Notes under the pieces: model-generated
Told to the model about the DNA's origin: nothing
The model's input: only the letters and a program-made list of their open reading frames with translations
The model's database searches: none
Source of the DNA: Chiloscyllium plagiosum
Taxonomy: Eukaryota
NCBI RefSeq assembly: GCF_004010195.1
Contig: NC_057719.1
Coordinates: 86,367,923 to 86,400,043 of the forward strand
Length of the DNA: 32,121 nucleotides
Direction of reading: 5' to 3'
Program-made: the position numbers and the translations under genes
In this document: positions 22,754 to 32,121 of the stretch, piece by piece
How the letters are laid out: every line of letters starts with the position of its first letter
Position numbering within the stretch: position 1 is the stretch's first letter

Positions 22754-23740
22754 ACTAATGAGAGAATTGTTTGATTTATATCATGCCATTGTCAACTTAT
22801 ATACTCTGGATATCCGAGCAGTTTCTTTTTTTTTTGAATGTATCATTCCTAACTCCTCAATCAACTTTTAATCAAAGTATTATTACTGAAAATAATGTTT
22901 ATTTTTGAATCACCTTTAGAGATATTAGCATACACCTCAGGAGCAGATGGAATTTGAACCTGGGCTCAAAAATAATGTTTATACTTTATCACAGAAGTGG
23001 ACAAAGATTTTATAATTAATTCCCACTAGTTTGTTCACTTTCAATTTTTCAAATAATAGACAGCAAGTGAATTCTATCTGTAAACACCTGCATATGAGTA
23101 AGTATTAAACAAAGGTTAACTCACTCTGGTGGAGATGATGGTTGGGTCTACATGTACATCTCCTATTTTCAAGAGTATTGGTTGTGAATTGATTTGAAAT
23201 ATGGGTTAACGTTTGAATTTTGAATTGCCTATAATAGATACAAATTATCAATAGTGGTGTAACATGCCAATGGTCTCCTGTAAAATTCAAAGATAATTAT
23301 TGCCTCCACACCAAAAGTGAGGAAAGAAAATGGTGGATTTTTGTTTTTAGTCCATGGGTGTCTGATTTAAAATCAATTAAAAATACAACTTCTTCAAAAA
23401 TCATTTAAAATATGTATGTTCATTGACCCAATAACCAACTTTGAAAGTCAGTAACGGCAAAAAGATTGGAAAGTTCTAATTATTTTAAGTGTTGAAGTCA
23501 ACACAAACTCACCAAATATTAGTTAAATATTTGTTCAGAAATAACCATGATTTCCTGATGTGGGTGACTGGTACAGTTGTATTTGTTACCACTAATGGAT
23601 CAAAAGTTGCTAGGACACTTTCACGGACATGCCCAATCCATTATTTAGCATAGAATCAGTCATGTTAAGTTGGGAAATCCAGGAAAGGATTGACCATATG
23701 CCAGCATGATAAAATAATTATTAGCATCTTACATATAAAT

Positions 23741-24011
23741 CATAGGATCCCTTGTGTGGAAGCAGTCCATATTGAGTCTGCACTAATCCTCCGAAGCACA
23801 TCACACCCACACCCACCCTCCTACCTTTTCCCTGTAATCCTGTACTTCCCATGGCTAATTCATCTAGCCTGCACATCCCTGGACACTATGGGCAATTTAG
23901 CATGGCCAATCCACCTAAACTGCAGACACTGGAAGAATGTATAACTTCACACAAATTGAACCCGGGTCCCTGGCACTGTAAGGCAGGAGTGCTAACTACT
24001 GAGCCACCATG
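23741..24011 (-). mobile_element. Degenerate V-SINE (HE1-like) with internal deletion
   Basis: gcaatttagcatggccaatccaccta and aattgaacccgggtccctggcactgt...gtgcta..actgagccaccat are the reverse complement of the 8387 SINE body and head. Confidence 0.8.
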
Positions 24012-24069
24012 GTACCCAGAGAAATTAGCAGGATGCTTGGTCCTTCCATCAAAGTTGCTCCCTTAATGT

Positions 24070-25560
24070 TGATAGACGGTCAATTACTCATCAACAGAAG
24101 GGAATAAGTATTATATTTGGCCAAATACTACTGTTAATTACATTCCAGTGAATCGGATGTCTTCCAGACAGCACTGGAAGTCGACTTGCCTGCAGTTTCT
24201 TGTCATGGATGAGTTAGATGAAGAATCCTTATCACTTGAGTTTGAGAAGGCCATAGATTACCTACTAAACATAAGGGCACCATGAAGGATGACGTCCCAG
24301 TACTAAGGCATGGCAAGTACAACTTATTGTCAATTCTTTATGAACTTTTCTGCTGCAAAGGAGGCTCATTAGAGATGAGTCACATCAAAATCATCTCACT
24401 ATGCAAAAACAAAGATAACAATAAAAGACTGCAAAATCTACAGAATATCTCCTTAGCACCACAAAGAAGTTCTTTGCTTGGATCATATTTGAAAGACTCC
24501 ATTTACTTGCAGACTTGGTGTACCTGGATACATGGTAGTTTCTATGTTGTCGGATCTATCACAAACATCTCGATTCATCAACTATAAGGGAAAGCTATAA
24601 CTTCTGTAGTTCTCATTAAAATATATAGCACTATCCTCCGTCTCAACTATTCCTTCTATTACAACCTGCACTGCACTGTATTGTTTGGTGCTTGCACCTC
24701 CGGTAGTTTCAGAGTAAAGAATAGGGTGAAACTAGGCTGTAACCTATCCACCACTCTTTGGTATCATCTGCATGATCCTGACCTTCACCTTCCTTGCAGT
24801 TATGGAAGGAGTCTGTTTGCACTATGAACTAAATAGCAAGCTCAACTATCAAGACTGAAAATAAAGACAAAAACATATTGTGTCCTGGTCAAAGAACTGT
24901 TCTATTCTGACAATAATGTACTAGTTTGCCACACAGAAACTTAGCTACAGAGACTAAATGACTGTTTCTCCTGTGCCTATAGTTATATTCTGCCTAACTA
25001 ACCATCAAGAAAACCCATGGTCATAGACAAAATTTTGCATCTCCACCCAATCGAACAGACATGATAGGAAATAATAAATTTTGCTACCTTGGAATCCTGG
25101 TGAAAGTGTGCCTTTGCTGCAGAGCTCAATAAGTGTATAAGGAAATACATATCTCCCATACTTGTGCGTGCATAACACAGGCTGACTTCTGGGACCAAGT
25201 TGATGGTTTAAAGGGCCTGTGTTCTCAGCACCTTGTTATGTGGCTAAGAAAAATTACTGTCTGCTGCACATTATGGATACACCCTGGCAGAACAAAATCA
25301 AAAATATGGCAATCCTTTCAAAAGCAGACTCCCAAGTATATCGGCAGTGAATGTACGGAGACAGGTTCAGGCACATCCGCAGGAATAGAGACAGTTACAT
25401 GTATAAGGTAGCCAAAACCTGACAGCCAGTGGGTTCCCAAGCCTTTTCCTTCAGAATACTTGCAAGTATCACATGAAGATGCTAGGTACTACCTGCCACA
25501 CCACAGAGTCACTAGCTGGTCAAAGAGGAAATTGGTCACATATCGCGTCAACCTTGGCAT
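24070..25560 (+). mobile_element. Decayed RTE-clade LINE reverse transcriptase
   Basis: KIISLCKNK..., FRVKNRVKLGCNLSTTL at 24708 (cf. GVKQGCVLAPTLF) and ELFYSDN at 24894 (cf. LLFADD). Many stops and frameshifts. Confidence 0.72.
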
Positions 25561-25698
25561 GACGATCAATGAGGTCAGCTTAGTAACAAGTGCCAACAGT
25601 GAAAACCAACAATATGCCACTCTAAAGTTTCTGTACAATTTTAATATTCAGTTTACAGATTGGCTTCTGCTCATCAAAAGAAAAAAAATCTCTGCAAC

Positions 25699-25797
25699 CG
25701 GAAAAAAGTCATGGACTTGAAACGTTAACTCTGTTTTTCTCTCTCTGCCAATGCTGTAAGATTTGCTGAATTTCTCCAACACTTCATTTTTATTTCT
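25699..25797 (+). mobile_element. PLE-terminus-like repeat (family E) with half-decayed hammerhead
   Basis: cggaaaa-AAGTC(atg)GACTT-GAA-ACGT-T. Stem II and the GAAAC box are intact, the CUGANGA box has decayed. Confidence 0.55.
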
Positions 25798-25897
25798 CTG
25801 CACAGAAGCTGCCTGCTATATATTTCCAATATAGTCTGTTTTTAATGGAATGAAAGATTTCTTTGGAAAGGTAGAGATAGTATACCTTCAGAGAAGT

Positions 25898-26123
25898 AAA
25901 GGGTAAATTCGTCATTGTCTTACCAGATCATAGGCTTGTTCTTTCATTAGAGAGAGATGACTGATGATGGTTTAACCTGAGGGTCACCTTGTCTCGGACA
26001 AGGGAAAGGTTGAGAAGGAGAATCTTTCATTGTAAATTCAGCTGGTGCAGGAATTGTACCCAAGCTGTTAGCATCACTCTGCATTGCAAACCAGCCATCC
26101 AGCCAATAGCCCTAACCAACTCT
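25898..26123 (-). mobile_element. tRNA-derived SINE copy
   Basis: Homologous to 12488-12677. B-box-like GGTACAATTCC on the - strand at about 26050-26060. Confidence 0.75.
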
Positions 26124-26619
26124 CCCTTCCCCACCCTCTATGAAAAGTAAGAATAACATGAAGCAGTATATACAAGTATATTTTTGACATAAAATACTCA
26201 ATTCAAATTTGTCATTATTCCTCTGCAACAATTGTTAAATGCCATTAACATGAACACCATAATATTGAAGGTTTGCTGTAGTGTTTGCCTGTATTATAAT
26301 TGTGTGTAGGCATATTCTTTTCAGAACTTATAGAAAATGCAGTTGAAACTTCTTGCTTTGCATCACATTCTTCTTCCCTCAACTGTAGCATTGGCCATTG
26401 ATGATTATCTCAATATAAAGCAATTGCAAGGAAAACTAGATTTCATAACTATGAAATATGAGCAAAATGTCTTCAACAATATCAATAAGAAATGTTTAAG
26501 GATTTACGAAAACAACCAATCCTGAATGACTAGTCAGAACATAAAAGATAAAGAACCAGACACTCAGTGTGCCATATTTTCTGAAATTTCTAATGCACAA
26601 AATATGATTTTTAACATAC

Positions 26620-27240
26620 ATATACTAAGGTTAAAAGGAGGGAGGATTCAAAGGAGAAATTATTGAGGGCGAGGACCAGTTCAGCCTTCTATTATATTAA
26701 GACAGTTGAACTTAACCACAAAGCATAACTATCTTCAATTATACTTGTATGCACGGGGTGCATAAAAAGTCTTTGCCTCTCTGAATGTCTGCTGTTGAGC
26801 ATCATCCTTCTGCCAACACCTACAGGTGTTAATAGAAGCCAGCTTCGACAGTTTGAGTGGGTCGGAGTGTGCAGTTTCATCAGTCAGTTCAACATGCTTT
26901 TGATCTCCCAGAAATGTCAATTTGATTGTACTTTATAATTATTTAAAAATGCTAAATGATGATTTTCAAATGGTTTATGGCTCTGTTTGGGACTGTATCT
27001 TTAAATTTAGGGTAAACGAGAGGAATGGTGTGATCTGTGCTGGAGTCTACTTTATTGTAAAAGCTGGGTGGTAATTAATAAAGATCAGAGTTACTGAAAG
27101 AGAGGTGATGTCTGTATAATCATGGCTGTTGGTACGATGAACGAAAAATTTTAGTATTTTGGAACTTGAAAGATGTTACTGGTGTCAAGATTGTAAATCT
27201 GTCTCTGTTTTAAAGATGAAAGGCTGTTGTAGTCAAAGTT
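26620..27240 (-). mobile_element. Very old PLE RT fragment
   Basis: 26645-26690 (aaattattgagggcgaggaccagttcagcc) matches 14528-14558 of the PLE and translates to AELVLALNNFSF on -. The extent beyond this is uncertain. Confidence 0.45.
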
Positions 27241-27590
27241 ATCTAATTAGGAACTCAGGAACAGGCTATTCAATATGATCATGGTAGATCAAACGTTTCA
27301 ATTCCTTTTACTCACCCACCTCTATAACTCTGTACAGCATTGGTAATCAGAAACTTATCAATCTCTACCTTAAACGTACTTCTGCAGAACTCTGTGGTAC
27401 AGAATTCTAAAGAATTACAACCCTCTGAGTAAAATAATTTCTCCTCAACTCTGACCTAAGTGTCATCCCGCTAATTTTAACTGTGTCCCTCGGTTTTAAA
27501 CTCCCCAACCAGGAAAACATTTTGCAAAATAGTTAGTCATAAGATAGATGTAGGCAGGTTTTAATAAGATCACCTCTCATTCTTCTTAAA

Positions 27591-27942
27591 TATTACAAAG
27601 AATAGCATTATATTATAGACAATATCAATGCCTCTGTACAGTATAGAGAAGGGTAATTCACGTATTACTATGGTCAACAGCTGCCCCTGTGCATAATATA
27701 GAAAATAGTAGTACCTGTGTGTATTATAGAGAATAGCAGCCCCAGAGTATGTCAGAGAGAAAAGTAGCCCTTGTATTTATTATAGAGAATTGCAGTTGCT
27801 GTCTATATTATAGAGAATCAGTTTATATGTTTTTATAGAGAATAACAGTCCCTGTGCATATTATAGAATACAGCAGTCCCTGTGTGTGTTATATAAAATA
27901 ACAGCCCTTGTGTATAGTAGCAAGTATAGCAGTCCCTATGCA
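27591..27942. repeat. Degenerate minisatellite, unit about 30-32 bp (tattatagagaatagcagtccctgtgt..), about 11 copies
   Basis: Recurrent tattatagagaat / cagtccctgtg at about 31-nt spacing. Confidence 0.85.
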
Positions 27943-27949
27943 TTCATTG

Positions 27950-28545
27950 CTCAGACCTTTGATTATAGGAGTTGGGGCATCATATTGCACTTGAACAGAA
28001 GATTGGTGAGGCTTCTTCCTGAGTACTGAGTGCAGTCCTGGTTAAGATGCTGTACGAAGAATATTATTAAATTGGAGAGACTTCAGAGAGGATTTATCAG
28101 GATGTTGCTGGAATGGAGAGTTCGAGTTATAAAAATAGGCTGGACATTTTTCACTGGAGCATAGGAGGTTGAGGGTTGACCTTATAGAGGTTTATAAAAT
28201 CATGAGCATAGAGAAGGTGAAAAGCAAGGATATTTTCCCTAGGTTGGGGATGTTCAAAACTAGGGAGTCTTTTTTGTAAGGTGAGAGGAGAAAATTTTAA
28301 AAAGGACATGAGGGGCACCTTTTTTTCACACAGTGTGGTTCGTGTGTGGAATGAACTTCCGAAGGAAGTGGTGGATGAAGGTACAATTACAACAATTAAA
28401 AGATACTTGAATAAGTACATGAATAGAAAAGGTTCAGAAGGATATGGGCCAAACGTAGACAAGTGGGACGAGTTTAGTTTGGAAACATGTCATTGTGGAC
28501 TAATTGGACTGAAGGGTCTGTTTCCATGCTGTTATGATTCTATGA
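27950..28545 (+). mobile_element. CR1 LINE 3' fragment
   Basis: RGENFKKDMRGTFFSHSVVRVWNELP, followed by 3' tail tatgattctatga. Confidence 0.88.
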
Positions 28546-28858
28546 ACATAGATCAGGTTTGCCCAAACTCTCTTCATATAATAGTCCTTCCATCCATCTG
28601 GGAAAAAAATCTAGTTAACCATTATTACACTTCCTCTATGATAATATCTTTCCTGAGATAAATAGACCAAAACTGTACACTGACTCTGCCATATTCATGA
28701 GTTTGGTGGCATCTAATGGCAAACTCTCATACAAATGAAGTAAGACTTCCCTATTCTTGTATTGAAATTCTCTTCCAATAAAGATATCATTGTGTTAGCC
28801 TCCCTAATAGCTTGCTAGCTTACAGAGACTTATCAACAAGAACATGTGGGTCTCTTTG

Positions 28859-29547
28859 GAGACCTTCGAGTGCAGGTTCTTACCTCCTTGGAAGTAGAGT
28901 CGCAGGTAGATAGGATAGTGAAGAAGGCGTTTGGTATGTTTTCCTTTATTGATCAGAGTATTGAGTACATGAGTTGGGAGGTTATGGTTCGGCTGTTGGT
29001 TATTTCGTGTGAATTCTGGTCTCGTTCCTATCAGAAGGATATTGTGCAACTTGAAAGGGTTCAGAAAAGACCTACAAGGATGTTGCCTGGGTTGGAGGAT
29101 TTGAGCTATAGGGAGAGGTTGAAATAGGCTGGAGATGTTTTCCCTGGAGTGTCAGAGGCTGAGGGGTGACCTTACAGAGGTTTATAAAATTGTCAAGGGC
29201 ATGGATAGGGTAAATAGACAAGTCTTTTCCCTGGGGTGGGGCAGTCCAGTACTAGAGGGCATAGGTTTAGGATGAGAGGGGAGGGGAAAGACAAAAAAGA
29301 GACCTAAGAGGCAACTTTTTCATGCAGAGGGTGGTGCGTCTACGGAAATGAGCTGCCAAATGAAGTGGTGGAGGCTGGTACGATTACAACATTTAAAAGG
29401 CATCTGGATGGGTACACGAATAGGAAGGGTTTGGAGGTATATGGGCCGGATGCTGGCAAGTGGGATTAGATTAGGTTGGGATATCTGGTCGGCATGGACA
29501 AGTTGAACCGAAGGATCTGTTTCAATGCTGTACATCTCCATGACTCT
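28859..29547 (+). mobile_element. CR1 LINE 3' fragment
   Basis: QVDRIVKKAFGMFSFIDQSIEYMSWEVM...LERVQKRPTRMLPGLEDLSYRERL, 3' tail ...ctccatgactct. 7-bp junction repeat CTCTTTG at 28852 and 29544. Confidence 0.9.
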
Positions 29548-30000
29548 TTGTACATCTACATTTCTAAACTTTTATTATTTAAAAAGTACTCTCCACATCT
29601 GTTTCTCCTGTCAAAGTGGATAACCTTAAATTTTTCTCACACATTTCACTTGCCACATTCTTGCCCATTCACTAAGTCTGTGCAAATCCTCTCGAAGATA
29701 CTTTACATCTTCCTTACAACACACATTCCCACTTCGGTTTGAATCATCAGCAAACTTGGAAATATAATATTTGGTCCCCATCTTCAAATCATTGATATAT
29801 AATTGCGAACAGTGAAAGTCTCAGTCCTGATCCTTGTGGTGATTCACTCATCACTGCCTGCCAACATTTCTACTTGGAGAGAGGACTAAGGTATTTCTCT
29901 TGGGTAAAAACAATGACTGCAGACGCTGGACACCAGATTCTGGATTAGTGGTGCTGGAAGAGCACCGCAGTTCAGGCAGCATCCAAGGAGCTTCAAAATC

Positions 30001-30028
30001 GAATTTTCGGGCAAAAGCCCCTCATCAG
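30001..30028 (-). ncRNA. Minimal hammerhead ribozyme motif (AAUU stem III, UUC triplet)
   Basis: Minus strand CUGAUGA-G-GGGC(UUUU)GCCC-GAA-AAUU-C. Confidence 0.65.
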
Positions 30029-30046
30029 GAATAAAAGCTTTTATTC

Positions 30047-30074
30047 CTGATGAAGGGCTTTTGCCCGAAACGTC
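30047..30074 (+). ncRNA. Minimal hammerhead ribozyme motif (ACGU stem III, GUC triplet)
   Basis: CUGAUGA-A-GGGC(UUUU)GCCC-GAA-ACGU-C, with short stem I UC/GA. Confidence 0.75.
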
Positions 30075-30754
30075 GATTTCGAAGCTCCTTGGATGCTGCC
30101 TGAACTGTTGTGCTCTTCCAGCACCACTAATCCAGAATAAGGTGTTTCTCTTGCCAAGGAGAATGGGATAAGCGGAATTCATTTTTGGAATCAAGTTGCA
30201 TGTTTTTATAAACTCATGAATATGGCAGAGACAGTTGCGACTTTGATCTTTTAATAGTTGTAGTTTACTGCAATAGAGAGTTGAGGGCCCGATAAAGCTA
30301 AATATTAGCTTGGCCTGTATCTTAAGAAGAACAAATAGTGGATTTATGGTTTGTATTGTAGAATGTGGGAGGGAGCTCATGCTCGGTTTGGAGACAGAGT
30401 TCCTAGAGTGAAAACGACCAAAATATTTTCCCAACTTGGAGATAATGGAAGAAATCTAAGTAACCCTCATAATGTAAGGGCAGTTAGGCTGGGAGCACAC
30501 AAATATAATCCAACACATGCCTGTTCAAAGACAGGACAAGGAGGATATAAACAATTACGAAACAGCAGCATCCTGATTTTTAAATCACTAAACATAAATA
30601 TAGGGTGGCCCAAGCCTGGATTAATTGTTTTGAAGAATAATTGGAGAGTAGCTAGGAGCCACTGAAGGGATCCCCCTGAAGTCTGAAACCTCAGAGAATA
30701 ACTGGAGCACTGAGGTGAAATCAAAATTAATTCCAGAGAGCTATGGTATTCTCA

Positions 30755-30794
30755 CTTTGATCTCAAAAGGGTAGTACCCCTTTTGAGATCAAAG
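30755..30794. repeat. Perfect 17-bp inverted repeat with 6-nt loop
   Basis: CTTTGATCTCAAAAGGG-tagtac-CCCTTTTGAGATCAAAG. Confidence 0.9.
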
Positions 30795-31134
30795 AACCCT
30801 CAAGATATCAATGTATAAATAAAAACTCTTGTGTGGAATTAGGAATTAAAAGGGGATCTTAAGATTTATACTCTCAGCCTTAGCATGGTTAGTACAGCTT
30901 GTTTGTTAAAATTATCTTAATGTACAACATAGCTTGTTTTTGTCTAAAACATGAAATCTTGAATAATATATTGCAGGTGATAACTGGTTATTCAAATTTG
31001 CCTTTAAACATTAATAGTCTCTACTAAAAATATACAATGTATGACATATAAGTGTAAATATTTCCTGCAACTTTCGCAAAAATACTCTGGAACCCTCATC
31101 TCAGGTTAAATTTTGTGACAGTGTTAATGAATTG

Positions 31135-31485
31135 TAGAATAGTAAAGCACAAAAGAAGGCCATTCTGCCGACTTTGTCTATGTTGGCCCTCTAAAGAAAC
31201 AATTCATCTCATTCCACTCTCCTGTCTTCCCTTTTAATCCAGCTTTTTATTCCTGTTAAAATTGTCATTAAATTGCATTTCAAAAACCTCAGTTGACCTT
31301 GCCTCCATGCACTCTCAGGGCACTTCATTCAAGATCCTAATCCCTCACTGCTTGAAATGGTTTTCTTATGTTTCAATTACTTATTTTGTTAATTGTTCAA
31401 AATCTGTGTCCCTTGCCCTTCCATCAATGGCAACAATTTTCTCCTATCTACTCTGACTCTCACAATTCTGAATACCTCTCATCAA
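31135..31485 (-). mobile_element. Old CR1 3' fragment
   Basis: agcacaaaagaaggccattc...cttgcctccatgcactctcagggcacttcattc resembles the other CR1 3' ends in the window. Confidence 0.6.
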
Positions 31486-31486
31486 T

Positions 31487-32121
31487 CTGCCCGAGCCACG
31501 TGCCAATTGGCATAGGGATAAGAAAATTAGGGAAGTAAACAAGTGGCTAAGGGATTGGTGTGGGAAAGAGGGATTCCACTTCATGGGCCATTGGTATCAG
31601 TTTTGGAACCGGGGAGATCTGTACCGTTGGGACGGTCTCCACCTGAACCGATCAGGTACCAATGTTCTAGTGAAGAGAATAAATAGGGTGGTCAGTAGGA
31701 CTTTAAACTTCTGAGTTGGGGGGAGGGAAAGTGAAAGCGACAGGGAGTATGGAGTTAAATGGAAAGATAAGCAGCAGGATAGCATGTGTGCAAGCGGATT
31801 TAAACTTGAGGCAGACTGAGAATGCAGCAAAAAGGAAGGATAACTTAGGACATCTTATGACTTCCAATATCTCTAATGATAAGAAAGTTAGCATTAAGGC
31901 ACTTTACCTGAATGCTCATATCATTTGTAACAAAGCAGATGAACTAATGGCACAGATCATCGTGAATGATTATGATGTGGTAGGCATCACAGAGACGTGG
32001 TTGCAGGGGGATCAGGACTGGCAGTTAAACATCCAAGGATTTTCAACTTATCGAAAAGACAGGGAGGTGGGCAGAGGGGGCGGGGTGGCCTTGTTAGTTA
32101 AGAACAAAATTAAATCTATGG
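31487..32121 (+). mobile_element. Relatively young CR1 LINE: ORF1 C-terminus (31487-31714) and start of ORF2 APE endonuclease (runs off the window)
   Basis: ORF1 LPEPRANW...NKWLRDWCGKEGFHFMGHW..FWNRGDLYRWDGLHLNRSGTNVL...TLNF*. ORF2 KALYLNA...YDVVGITETWL...IQGFSTYRKDREVGRGGGVALLV with no stops. Confidence 0.93.

Larger units (their letters stand above)
27245..29865 (-). mobile_element. Old CR1 LINE split into three pieces (about 27245-27590, 28550-28858, 29548-29865) by younger insertions
   Basis: Pieces run from the 3' UTR through RT and are colinear. 29740-29850 on - gives SPQGS...IYINDL...ISKFADD-like motifs. Confidence 0.75.
29903..30137. mobile_element. Non-autonomous palindromic mini-PLE (family D), 16-bp TSD
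   Basis: TSD TAAGGT(A/G)TTTCTCTTG at 29887-29902 and 30138-30153. Spacer-less palindrome 29937-30138 centred on AAAAG|CTTTT. Confidence 0.92.

Noticed and set aside
27591..27942. CRISPR-like array
   Set aside because: Degenerate tandem units without unique spacers, in a eukaryotic context with no cas genes.
29903..30137. DNA-transposon MITE
   Set aside because: The arms are PLE terminus sequence shared with 13035-13125, the element is asymmetric at one end, and TSD lengths vary among related copies.
29886..30434. 182-aa minus-strand ORF
   Set aside because: It runs through the palindromic mini-PLE and its TSD, so it is a chance open frame.
30170..31040. Solo LTR
   Set aside because: I could not identify convincing TG...CA ends with a TSD or a second copy in the window.

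Overview
Repeat-rich vertebrate genomic DNA, almost certainly from a cartilaginous fish (HE1/V-type and Deu-type SINEs, CR1 LINEs). The only host gene I can support is the 3' end of a TMEM87-family gene (closest to TMEM87A) on the + strand. Six GT-AG exons (2260-2363, 4464-4537, 4848-4909, 6224-6276, 11125-11155, 15846-15887) splice in frame to [121 protein letters not shown], with a likely poly(A) signal at 16584. The rest is mostly decayed mobile DNA: CR1 LINEs, an RTE LINE, a Gmr1-like Gypsy remnant, tRNA-derived SINEs and many Penelope-like elements (PLEs). The most striking unannotated signal is a set of more than 10 minimal hammerhead-ribozyme motifs (CUGANGA-stem II-GAA-palindromic stem III-NUH) carried by the PLE termini. 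Several retain intact cores, the stems covary between families, and some sit in small, TSD-flanked, almost perfectly palindromic foldback elements (19093-19280, 29903-30137). Most ORF-track entries are repeat-derived or spurious. Repeat boundaries are by eye and approximate unless a TSD is given.
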